Positions 1-9,186 of a stretch of 64,000 nucleotides of DNA are shown in pieces (position 1 is the stretch's first letter; each line of letters starts with the position of its first letter). A model generated the notes under the pieces. The model had not been told where the DNA came from. It was given only the letters and a program-made list of their open reading frames with translations, and ran no database searches. Origin of the DNA: Macrostomum lignano (Eukaryota); contig NIVC01002121.1 of NCBI GenBank assembly GCA_002269645.1, positions 1-64,000 on the forward strand. Direction: 5' to 3'. The position numbers and the translations under genes are program-made.

Positions 1-854
1 GTTCTACCTCCGTTAAAAAAGGAAAAAGAAGATAATCGTATAATACTACTATAAGTAAGTAAGTACACGCATGTGCGCCTAAGCTTTGAATGAATCACGC
101 TACCAGAAAAAGATGTTACCAGAATAATACGCCATGAGCCATTTTCCCCTTTTAGCGCAACACGTGAATTGTCATGATACTATTTTGGATCAAAAACTTG
201 TCTATAAATACAAGCGATCTGAAGCGGTACCGGAGCCATTCTCCCCACGGAAGAGGAGCGCTCCGAAGAGGAAGCCTTAGGAGGACTTCCTGATCTACCA
301 AGTCAATCGAGACTCGGTCGAGTTGTTGCGGTAAGCCTTCCTTATTTGCGCCCGTTGTGTTAGAGACGTCTCGCTCAAGTCTATTGAGACTTGAGTCTAA
401 TTGAGTCTGTTGAGACTCTTGAGTCTGTTTAGACTCCATTGGTTGCAGTCTCCAGAAGGACTGCCCCTGATAGATCTTAGAGGACTATCAGTGGTTTCCG
501 GAGCTATACCTAGAGTGCATAGAGGCACTGCTAGAAGAAGGAGGCTTAATTTAGACCGCAGTTTGGCGCAGGGTACCCATTGTTGCTACGAGGCCTCTGA
601 TTGGTCCTGACGGAAGATACCGGCCGGAAGAACTTATCGGAAGTACAAGAGGAACCAGGACCAGAGCAACTGAAGAATCAAGGCGCCTGATCTACGAGAT
701 CTACTGACAAGTTCCTAGCGAGAACTACTCAAGAAATTCAAATCCGGATTAAAGGTAATTGAATACCTTCGTTTGACTTACTGGGTTGCCTAGCTGTTGA
801 GCTAGAAGTGATTGTTCCTTGATTATCGAAAGTCGGGTAATAAGGAACACATCA
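1..854 (+). repeat. 5' LTR, subtype A
   Basis: Matches 10808-11663 apart from two homopolymer indels near the start; ends ...AAGGAACACATCA. Confidence 0.95.
203..336 (+). promoter_or_regulatory. LTR TATA box (TATAAATA at 203) and downstream 5' splice donor (GCG|GTAAGC at 331)
   Basis: Both motifs recur at equivalent positions in all LTR subtypes despite divergent U3 sequences. Confidence 0.6.
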
Positions 855-856
855 AT

Positions 857-874
857 TGGTGATCTCGCCCTCTC
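857..874 (+). promoter_or_regulatory. Putative primer-binding site TGGTGATCTCGCCC
   Basis: TGG 2 nt after the LTR end in both full-length copies (857, 28046). The first 11 nt resemble a tRNA-Trp-type PBS, but the primer is not securely identified. Confidence 0.6.
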
Positions 875-1570
875 GGCACTACTCAAACCTTGAGCAATAG
901 CCTGGCCAAGCTATTGTAAAGTGACGACAGAGCGACTTCATTAATTTTGCGCGCACGTGTTAGAGTTAACACTTTTTAAGTCCGTTACGTTTTGAAACTC
1001 GAGTAAAATTTGGTGTACAGGTTTGAGCACCTGTCAAATTTGAGTACAGTTTGAGCACGCGTGTTAAAATTTTGTTTTGACGAGCTCGAGCAAGTGTGAG
1101 TTTAAAACAAAACCGAAATTAACTTCGTCGGTACACTGAAAACAAACCAAAAATAAAAAGAATCGTCGACGCAAAACAAACAAAAAATAACTGAAACATT
1201 TTGCCGGCACAAAAACTAAAACAAAACCGAAATTAATTGAAACTTCGTGGAGAGCAGAGTTAATTGACAAAAGAGAGAGAGTCAAAGAAGAGAAGAAAGA
1301 CTTTGCAAAGCAAGAAGACAAGTCCACTTCAACTTGAAGATACACTTTGCGGGACGCCGCATAAGTGCGAAATCAGCAAGCGAACAGAACAAGTTCATTT
1401 GAGGACAACCAGTGGCAGCAAGCCACACCGCATCCGAGGCCAGCGAATAACAAATCGACACCACAAGGCAATTCGTTACAGTCGAGGTTTATTCCGAGGC
1501 AAACACCACACTGGACGATCCGTTACAAATCGATCCAGATCTTGAACTACCGTTCTACCCTATCAACAAC

Positions 1571-3043
1571 ATGGCGCGGCGCAATCCAACGGTACACAGA
1601 GACATCAAAGAAACGGTCGGTACTTTCTCGATGGAGAAAGATTTTAACACATTTGTCGACCATTTTGACCTGGTATGTAGGGAATACAACCTACAAAATC
1701 CAGAGAAGGCACAGCTGCTGCCACCTCTTCTCCAAGGTACTGCGCGAGAAATTTACGGCAAGCTGGATGCGGCAACACAGCAAAATTATCCAGCACTAAT
1801 CATTCAACTGCGCGCGCATTTCAACCGTTGCGGCACAAACAGATCAGTGCTGCTGCACAAGTTGCATAACAGAAGGATGCAAGCAACAGAATCCTTCCTC
1901 GCCTTTGTGGACGATATCCGCCAGATAATTAAGGCACTGCATCAGCCACCGCTGCAAGCTGCGGACCAACCACCACTGGGAGCGGCAGAATTGGCCGCCA
2001 GAGAAAGACAACGATTGATGGATCGTGAACAAAACCTCATCCTGCACGTAATAAACAACGCACAGCCGTCACTTCGGGATAGACTTTTGCGTGAAAATAT
2101 CGAAACCGAAGAAGACCTTTTGCGTTGCGGAATGCAATGGGAAGCCAGTGCCCCATTAATGACGACAGGCAACAATGAAGTGCAGAAACTGACGCAGCAA
2201 CTAAACAAGTTAATGCAGCACCAGACAGCTGCTATCGCCGAACAAAAAAGACGAAATGAACAAGCCTCAGCCAGATGTTACTACTGCGGACAAGAAGGAC
2301 ATTATCAGATTAATTGTCCTCATTGGTCAACAAGATACGACAAGCCGCGACAGATATTCAACAATCAGAAGCCGCAGAAACCATGGCAGCACTATCAAAA
2401 TCGCCAACAACAAGGAATGAGACGCTTCGGAAATGATAGACGCTTCGGAAATAATGACCGCTCCGGAAATGATGGCCGCTTCGGAAACGAAGGCCGCTTC
2501 AGAAGTAATGGCTACAGGCCACGCAACGTCAGATACACACAAAGACAGCCGACGCAAGCAATGCCACGATACGCGAATGCCATCACGTACACACCGGAAA
2601 ATGAACAGCAAGAACAGCAAGTGTTCACAATTGACGACTTGGAAATGGACTTCACAGTCCCGGAACTTGACATCAGCTTGATCGAAAAGAAGACGACGCA
2701 CGAGGACAACACTGACAACACAGAAGAGACGAATGAAACCGAAATGATCAAATTAAAAGAGACCACCGGAGACAGCAGAGAAAACAGGAAGAAAGTAAAT
2801 CACAAGACAAGGGAGGAGGCGGAGAGCGACATCGGCAACGAAGAAAAGATGAAAACCGGCGAAGAAAACAACTATGAATCGACAACAGTGGATGACGACA
2901 AAACGAGCATGAAAGACAAAGAAATGAAAGAAGAAGAAGAATGTAGAAGTTACGGCAACGACCACGACTGCGAGGTGCGTGATGACACGAACGACTACCA
3001 AGCCGAAAGAGGAATGCAGGAAGAACGAGAGCGGAGAATCTAA
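1571..3043 (+). CDS. gag: Gag (capsid-like domain, CCHC knuckle CYYCGQEGHYQINC, RFGN repeats, acidic linker); separated from env-pol by a 1-bp deletion
   Basis: Ty3/gypsy capsid-type N-terminus and zinc knuckle. Copy 2 reads through this point (GAACTGAGA versus GAAC-GAGA at ~3026). Confidence 0.9.
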   Translation: MARRNPTVHRDIKETVGTFSMEKDFNTFVDHFDLVCREYNLQNPEKAQLLPPLLQGTAREIYGKLDAATQQNYPALIIQLRAHFNRCGTNRSVLLHKLHNRRMQATESFLAFVDDIRQIIKALHQPPLQAADQPPLGAAELAARERQRLMDREQNLILHVINNAQPSLRDRLLRENIETEEDLLRCGMQWEASAPLMTTGNNEVQKLTQQLNKLMQHQTAAIAEQKRRNEQASARCYYCGQEGHYQINCPHWSTRYDKPRQIFNNQKPQKPWQHYQNRQQQGMRRFGNDRRFGNNDRSGNDGRFGNEGRFRSNGYRPRNVRYTQRQPTQAMPRYANAITYTPENEQQEQQVFTIDDLEMDFTVPELDISLIEKKTTHEDNTDNTEETNETEMIKLKETTGDSRENRKKVNHKTREEAESDIGNEEKMKTGEENNYESTTVDDDKTSMKDKEMKEEEECRSYGNDHDCEVRDDTNDYQAERGMQEERERRI

Positions 3044-3090
3044 GTTCCGACAGCGATCAAGGCTACGAAATACAATGGAAAGATGAAGAA

Positions 3091-6000
3091 ATGGAAAAAG
3101 AACAGGTGAAAGAAAAGCCGAGTTCCGACAGCGACGAATGCTACGAGATCCGATACAAACGAAATGGTGAAGCCTATATTCAAACGGTCGACTACAAGAC
3201 AGAGAAAAGATACCAAACGCAATGGAGTGAAACAACGGAAACATCGGAAGAAGCCGCAGACGAAGATAATGAAATAACCAAAAAGCAAAGCGAATCAGAA
3301 GCCTTCCGCCTGGATCAGCCAATGGAACAACCGAAAGAATATGATGCGGACATGGAAGATAACGAATGGCGATCGCAGCCAATGCCAGCAAGGACAACGG
3401 CAAAATCCAAGAAGTGGAAAAACTGGCTATTCTGGATCATCGTGATACTACTGATAGCAGTAGTCGCCAAAGCAACGGCAACGGAAAAGCCAATGATTTG
3501 TCCAACGGATGCGCATATCCAACCGATGATCTACAAGATACCAACCGACATCAAATGCAGTTACTTCAAGACAAACCAGACAAAACCAAAGAAGATTACA
3601 CTCGATCTCTACAAGGCTAACATCAAGAAGCATCGACAACACGGGATAGTATGCTTCAGAGACAAGCACCTGGTGGAAAAAGTTTGGCGCGGACAATGGA
3701 ACCGGATCCGATTTAAACAACATGAGCTACATGTGTCGCACGCGGAATGCCTACAATGGAATCAAACACTATTTTCAAAGGATGGTGAACTGGAACCAGA
3801 TGAGAAGGTCGGCAACGCACAGCTGTTCAGAACAAAGAATTCAGCCAACGGTCGATATATTCACTTCTTCGGAAAATGGAAAGAATATATGGCACGCAAC
3901 AGCTACTTGATCAGAAATATTCCATTCTACTACAATCCGTACGAGAAAATGGAATCGTTACAGCTGCAACTAAGCGAATGTCGATACAGTGAAGGATGGT
4001 GTCCAACGCCGATTCTACGGAAGGAAGAACTACACAGTCTACCACTGAGTCCAACATATCATCAAGACTATCGATGGCAGATTGAGCACAGAGCACAATC
4101 ACACTATGAGGAACCGTACAAATCACGACAATACTTCTTCGCGTGGGAAGTTGAGCCGGAAATTGACTGCAAGCTTCAAAAGTATCACACAGTTGAAGGA
4201 GGACTACTGTCAAATACGTTTTTGGCAAAGTCAGGAGACTTGGCACTGACGTTTCAAAAGAAACCAGTCGAGCAAAAACTGAAATGCAAGGATACAGACA
4301 AGACACTATTCATCTCGGAACAAGAGATACCAGTCTACGTAAAGGATGAAGACAAACAAACCTTCTTGGCAATCATCAATGGAACGTATCAGCAACAAGA
4401 AAAACAGAATAGAAGACGACGTGACATCGAACGTCCCAAACTGGTGTCAAACCGGCTGTTGTCAGCAAAGATAACGGCTTTGGATCACAATCTACACAAC
4501 CAGTTAAACCACTTGCATCGAACACTGGTCCAGCTAACTTGCAAAATGCACGCAATCAACTTAAATTATGCCAGACAAAACTACTATGTCAACCCTACGA
4601 TGACTTTTCGTAAAATCACCGGAATGACGAACGTTTTGGCAGTTCCAATATACGAGCATCTGTTGATATACAAGTGCACGCCGATACAGCACTTTAACAT
4701 CTTGCCGTCAAACACGTCAACAACCTGCTACGATAAGCCAAGGATTGAAGCGTTCTACGAAGGAAAACGAATTCAGGGATTCTTGGACACGGTACACAAC
4801 ATCATCGTTGGCACCGCAATACCGAGACCTTGCACCACGGCAGTAAACTACTATCAACTGGACAATGCACTACACGTCATCAAAACAACTGGAACGACAG
4901 CAAACGTCACAGAACCGGAAGTAATCGTCGACGAAAACTACGACATGGAGGATTTGAAAATCCGATTCAACAGAACGAAGTATACGCCATTCGCCGATAT
5001 CCAACTTGACGAGATAACACCAGGATGGACGATCAACGACTTCTTGCAAGCGTTCATCACCCAACGCAAGATGATTCACCAGCTGTTCACAAGAAAGGAC
5101 AAAGGAACCGGGACAGGAAGATTTCCCGTCCTTGTTTCAATGGACAGCGCCATCAAATCATTTTGGACAAATAGCTTCTGGGAGCTGCTCAATGGAAGAG
5201 GCAGTCTCTATCAAGGATTCATCTTCTACGGTGCTTGCATTGTGTGGATTGTCACGGCAATCTTCATCATTTCATCGATCGTACGGTGCTTCAGTCAAAC
5301 TTGTCCAAGAGCTAAGAAGACAGTGAATGCCATAATGCAAAGAACGACAACGGAAAGCGACAACAGTTTAGAACTAACAGAAACTGCACATTGTGAGGTT
5401 CAAGGGCAACCGACACTAGCAACGCGGCTATATCCATCGATTCCGACAACACCAACGGCACCAAGGATACAACCACCCAACTATCAAGCAGAACAGCACG
5501 AGCCAAAATGGCCGGAAAACTACGTCTGTACGCTACACGCCGAGATTGGCAAAGCAATGGCTCAGGTCATTGTCAACAACTTGCCATGTCGAGCACTACT
5601 GGATTCAGGCAGCTCGATCACAGTCATCTCGCAACAATTATGCAACAAGCTACGACTCGCGGTACGACCAGCAGCAATCGCAGTTGCAGGAGCAGGAGGA
5701 CATTCACTCAACATCCTAGGAAAAGCAGATATCGACTTGAAAATTGCTAATAAACAGCTGACGGTCCCGACGTACATCATCGACAGACTACCAAACCAAG
5801 ACGTCATCGTTGGAATCGACACGTTCAAGCAGCTTCAACTACCATTGACCTTCGACTTCAACAAGCAAACGTTTAGGATCGACACGGTGGAGCAACCGCT
5901 GATCAACCAGATTCGAGTACTACCGAAAGTAACTCTGCAGCAAGATGTCATTATCCAGCCTGAAAGCGCATGCTGGGTCAGAGCGAAAACGACCAGCGCG

Positions 6001-9000
6001 GCAGATGAAGCAATGATATTTGATCCACACAGGAGAGTCACGGCAAAACATCAAATCATGATGCCTACGGCACTAGTGCTGGTTGCAAAGGATAAGCAAC
6101 TGCCAGTACAAATCTTCAACCCGAACACAGAAACGGTTCATCTACGACAAGGAATGTGCATCGGTCATCTCAACACCCAAGCATCGGTTATGCTGATTGA
6201 ACAAGCGACTCCACGACTAACAGAGGAAGAATTTCAAAAGAAGATCAATTTGGATGACAGCCCGATTACGGAACAGCAAAAGAGGAAAGTTCGACAGCTG
6301 TTGTGGAAGTACAACGAAGCCTTCTGCCATCATGATTACGACATCGGACGAGCCAAGGACATCAAACAGGAAATCAAACTTCTGCCGCACACGGAACCAA
6401 TTCAGTGCAAGCCGTACCCGATCGCCAAGCATCTGCAACAACACTTTGACGAAATCATCGATAAAATGCTAAAGCACGGCATCATCAGCAAAGCTATTTC
6501 GGCTTACTCCTCACCGTGCCTACTGGTACAGAAGAAGGAGACAAACGAAAGACGACTCGTATGCGACTTCAGACTGTTGAACAAGTACATACCGACGGAT
6601 CAGCAAAGCCTACCGAAGATCTCCGAACTACTAGCAAAGCTCAACACGGCAAAATTGTTCACGGTGTTCGACCTACGTCATGGATTTTGGCAAATTGAAA
6701 TCGAGAAAGAGTCACGACAGTACACGGCTTTCAAAACCTACAATGGACAAGTATACGAGTACAATCGATCGCCGATGGGACTTAGCAACAGCCCAGCAAC
6801 GATGAGTCGACTAACAGCATACATGCTAGCAGGATGCACGAACCTGCTGCACTATGTCGACGACATTTTAGCCTACGGAGAGGATTTCGAGCGACTCTAC
6901 GAAGCTACGGAGAAGGCCCTAGCGCTCATTCAACGCCAAGGTCTGAAGCTACAACCAACTAAATGCAAATTCTTCCGAGACAACGTGCGTTACCTGGGAC
7001 ATCAGGTGACAGCCAAAGGAATCTCACCGGACCCAGACAACGTGGAAAAGGTGAAGAAGTTTCCTACGCCAACCAGTATAACGAAGGTCCAATCATTCCT
7101 TGGACTTGCGCAATACTTCAGGAAGTTCTTACCTAACTTCGCAAAGACAGCAAAGCCACTGTACGACCTGCTCAAGTTCGACAAATGGAAGCAAGACAAC
7201 TGGACACAGAGACAACAGGAAAGTTTCGACGAAATCAAACGACAGCTGACATCAGACGCACTGCTACAGCATCCGGACTTCGACAAGCCCTTCATCATCG
7301 AGACAGACGCCTCAGGAACGGGACTCGGAGCAGTCCTACTACAGGAAACCGAGGACAAGAAGGAACGACCTATTGCCTACGTCAGTCGAGCACTCAAACC
7401 AAATGAAACAAAGTGGTCAGCTACGGAACGAGAGCTACTAGGAGTCTTGTTCGCCCTGCGACAGTTTCATTACTACATCTATGGTTCTCCAATACAGACG
7501 ATAGTACGCACGGATCATGCACCATTGACCTACGTCGTAACTACAAAAGGACAGACCAACAACCGACTCATCAGAATGACACTCAAGATCCAGGATTACA
7601 ACTACAAACTCGTCTACAAACCAGGAATTACCAACAAAGCCGCGGACGCCCTGTCAAGAGCCTATGAAGTCAACGCCATTCATCCAATCCCTAACATCAA
7701 GGAGTTGGTGGATGAAACCGAGCGCGACAACTTCTACCAAGCGGTTAAAGACGACGACAAGAACATCAAACTCAGTCCCATGGAACGAAAATTCCTACGC
7801 AAGCAACGACAACACCTAACAATCAATAAGTCACGGCTCTACTGGATGAGCGACAATAAACCCAAGATCTACATACCATATTCGTTTCGGCAAGCAATTC
7901 TCAACGAGCTACACGACAACCCACTCGCTGGACACCTGTCGGCAGCAAAGACCATCGCGAGAGTGGAACAATACTACTTTTGGCCAACTATGTACGGCGA
8001 CATCAAGCAGTATTGCAACAACTGCCATTCATGTGCTGCATCAAAGACAGGACGACGACAGAAACCGCAGCTACAGTCCATTCCGAAGTCGACTACAATG
8101 GACTGTCTAAGCATCGACATCACCGGACCGCTACCACCGAGCTGTCTCCAGGGCATCGCCTACACCTACATTCTAACCGCCTTGGATATCTTCTCGAAGT
8201 TTGCTATCGCCATACCGATACCGGACATCACAGCTCAGACAGTGGCAATGAGTTTCTTCAACGAAATCATTTGCAAGTACGGCACGCCGAAGAACCTCAC
8301 ATCGGACAACGGATCGCAGTTTACATCGCAACTGTTTCAGCAAGTCGTAAGGATTCTCAACATTACGCAGATCTACACATCGACCTACAATCCGAAGGCA
8401 AACATGGTTGAACGGTTTCACCGCAACCTGCACGAGATGATTACACATTTCGCGCACCAACAGCCGGAAGACTGGATCATCTACCTGCAATCTGTAACAA
8501 TGGCCTACAACAGCGCTATTCATCGATCAACGGACAATACGCCATTCTTCCTAATGTTTGGACGAGACTTCCAACCGCCGAATCTGCTCGCACAGCAATT
8601 GCTACCATCGCAGTACGTGGAAGTACCGACTTCCATTCAGAAATTCGTCACGCAACTACACCTCGCATGGAAGATCGCCAAGCACAACATTGACAACCAG
8701 GTGGCTCTGACCACCGGCAACGACGCGAGATCGACAACCCTGACGGCCGGCGACATCGTCTACCTACACTACCCGCCACAGCAGACGCATAAACATGCAC
8801 AGAAGTACAAAGGACCCTATCGAGTGGTCCAACTAACGTCACCAACAACGGCACGCCTGGCTAATGTACAAGATCCACATCAGCACCAGTTCTACGTACA
8901 CATTCATCGACTAAAGAAGATCAACACTGACACAGCGACGTTTCTACCGACATTAGACAACGCTGATCGCACGCGTTCAACGAACCGCCACATCGCGACG

Positions 9001-9066
9001 AAGCACGAGGAGACTCAAACGACAGATGTGAGCCAGCCACATGGCTACAACCTACGACCACGCTAG
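3091..9066 (+). CDS. pol: Env-Pol polyprotein: signal peptide, class III-like fusion glycoprotein, TM, then PR, RT, RNase H, integrase
   Basis: LLDSGS (5602), YVDD (6853), ETDASG, HHCC, D-D-E (DITG/DNG/VER), GPY, terminal YNLRPR. Upstream: hydrophobic WLFWIIVILLIAVVAKA, RRRR site at 4411, TM at ~5218-5283. Confidence 0.93.
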   Translation: MEKEQVKEKPSSDSDECYEIRYKRNGEAYIQTVDYKTEKRYQTQWSETTETSEEAADEDNEITKKQSESEAFRLDQPMEQPKEYDADMEDNEWRSQPMPARTTAKSKKWKNWLFWIIVILLIAVVAKATATEKPMICPTDAHIQPMIYKIPTDIKCSYFKTNQTKPKKITLDLYKANIKKHRQHGIVCFRDKHLVEKVWRGQWNRIRFKQHELHVSHAECLQWNQTLFSKDGELEPDEKVGNAQLFRTKNSANGRYIHFFGKWKEYMARNSYLIRNIPFYYNPYEKMESLQLQLSECRYSEGWCPTPILRKEELHSLPLSPTYHQDYRWQIEHRAQSHYEEPYKSRQYFFAWEVEPEIDCKLQKYHTVEGGLLSNTFLAKSGDLALTFQKKPVEQKLKCKDTDKTLFISEQEIPVYVKDEDKQTFLAIINGTYQQQEKQNRRRRDIERPKLVSNRLLSAKITALDHNLHNQLNHLHRTLVQLTCKMHAINLNYARQNYYVNPTMTFRKITGMTNVLAVPIYEHLLIYKCTPIQHFNILPSNTSTTCYDKPRIEAFYEGKRIQGFLDTVHNIIVGTAIPRPCTTAVNYYQLDNALHVIKTTGTTANVTEPEVIVDENYDMEDLKIRFNRTKYTPFADIQLDEITPGWTINDFLQAFITQRKMIHQLFTRKDKGTGTGRFPVLVSMDSAIKSFWTNSFWELLNGRGSLYQGFIFYGACIVWIVTAIFIISSIVRCFSQTCPRAKKTVNAIMQRTTTESDNSLELTETAHCEVQGQPTLATRLYPSIPTTPTAPRIQPPNYQAEQHEPKWPENYVCTLHAEIGKAMAQVIVNNLPCRALLDSGSSITVISQQLCNKLRLAVRPAAIAVAGAGGHSLNILGKADIDLKIANKQLTVPTYIIDRLPNQDVIVGIDTFKQLQLPLTFDFNKQTFRIDTVEQPLINQIRVLPKVTLQQDVIIQPESACWVRAKTTSAADEAMIFDPHRRVTAKHQIMMPTALVLVAKDKQLPVQIFNPNTETVHLRQGMCIGHLNTQASVMLIEQATPRLTEEEFQKKINLDDSPITEQQKRKVRQLLWKYNEAFCHHDYDIGRAKDIKQEIKLLPHTEPIQCKPYPIAKHLQQHFDEIIDKMLKHGIISKAISAYSSPCLLVQKKETNERRLVCDFRLLNKYIPTDQQSLPKISELLAKLNTAKLFTVFDLRHGFWQIEIEKESRQYTAFKTYNGQVYEYNRSPMGLSNSPATMSRLTAYMLAGCTNLLHYVDDILAYGEDFERLYEATEKALALIQRQGLKLQPTKCKFFRDNVRYLGHQVTAKGISPDPDNVEKVKKFPTPTSITKVQSFLGLAQYFRKFLPNFAKTAKPLYDLLKFDKWKQDNWTQRQQESFDEIKRQLTSDALLQHPDFDKPFIIETDASGTGLGAVLLQETEDKKERPIAYVSRALKPNETKWSATERELLGVLFALRQFHYYIYGSPIQTIVRTDHAPLTYVVTTKGQTNNRLIRMTLKIQDYNYKLVYKPGITNKAADALSRAYEVNAIHPIPNIKELVDETERDNFYQAVKDDDKNIKLSPMERKFLRKQRQHLTINKSRLYWMSDNKPKIYIPYSFRQAILNELHDNPLAGHLSAAKTIARVEQYYFWPTMYGDIKQYCNNCHSCAASKTGRRQKPQLQSIPKSTTMDCLSIDITGPLPPSCLQGIAYTYILTALDIFSKFAIAIPIPDITAQTVAMSFFNEIICKYGTPKNLTSDNGSQFTSQLFQQVVRILNITQIYTSTYNPKANMVERFHRNLHEMITHFAHQQPEDWIIYLQSVTMAYNSAIHRSTDNTPFFLMFGRDFQPPNLLAQQLLPSQYVEVPTSIQKFVTQLHLAWKIAKHNIDNQVALTTGNDARSTTLTAGDIVYLHYPPQQTHKHAQKYKGPYRVVQLTSPTTARLANVQDPHQHQFYVHIHRLKKINTDTATFLPTLDNADRTRSTNRHIATKHEETQTTDVSQPHGYNLRPR
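3424..5283 (+). other. env: Envelope glycoprotein domain (gB-like class III fusogen) embedded between gag and protease
   Basis: Signal peptide, Cys-rich ectodomain (CRYSEGWC), furin site, long amphipathic helix ending LTC..NP, CYDKP and RPCT motifs, C-terminal TM. Confidence 0.8.
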
Positions 9067-9080
9067 AGTTTAGAGAACAA

Positions 9081-9157
9081 CCCCGTGTAGTGACCGGGAT
9101 AAAGAATAGCACTACAGCTTCGCAAGCTTGTCGTAAAAGGCGACTAATCCGAGCGAC
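9081..9157 (+). ncRNA. Conserved structured cis RNA (H-type pseudoknot plus two hairpins) between the pol stop and RING-A
   Basis: Six copies (9081, 20607, 36253, 42695, 57254, 62859); compensatory TGTAGTG/CACTACA to TGTAGAG/CTCTACA change. Confidence 0.65.
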
Positions 9158-9186
9158 ACAAAGACAGCGACAAATTGACGACAATT

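Noticed and set aside
152-439. Recurrent 60-130-aa ORFs on both strands inside LTRs (e.g. MESKQTQESQQ..., MSLLRLLSLF...)
   Set aside because: They recur only because the LTR is repeated, depend on TTG/GTG starts, vary in length between subtypes and show no domain.
370-440. GAGTCT/AGACTC short repeats and AGATCT-rich tracts in LTRs as CRISPR-like arrays
   Set aside because: No constant repeat with unique spacers and no cas genes; eukaryotic LTR context.
3020-3091. Programmed gag/env-pol frameshift
   Set aside because: No slippery heptamer seen, and copy 2 is in frame here; this is a 1-bp deletion or sequencing error.
5900-6180. Possible dUTPase-like domain between PR and RT
   Set aside because: None of the five dUTPase motifs is recognisable; similar spacers are common in gypsy pol.
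9064-9100. MuLV-like stop-codon readthrough pseudoknot
   Set aside because: An in-frame TAG follows within 8 codons in copies 1 and 2, and RING-A has its own ATG.
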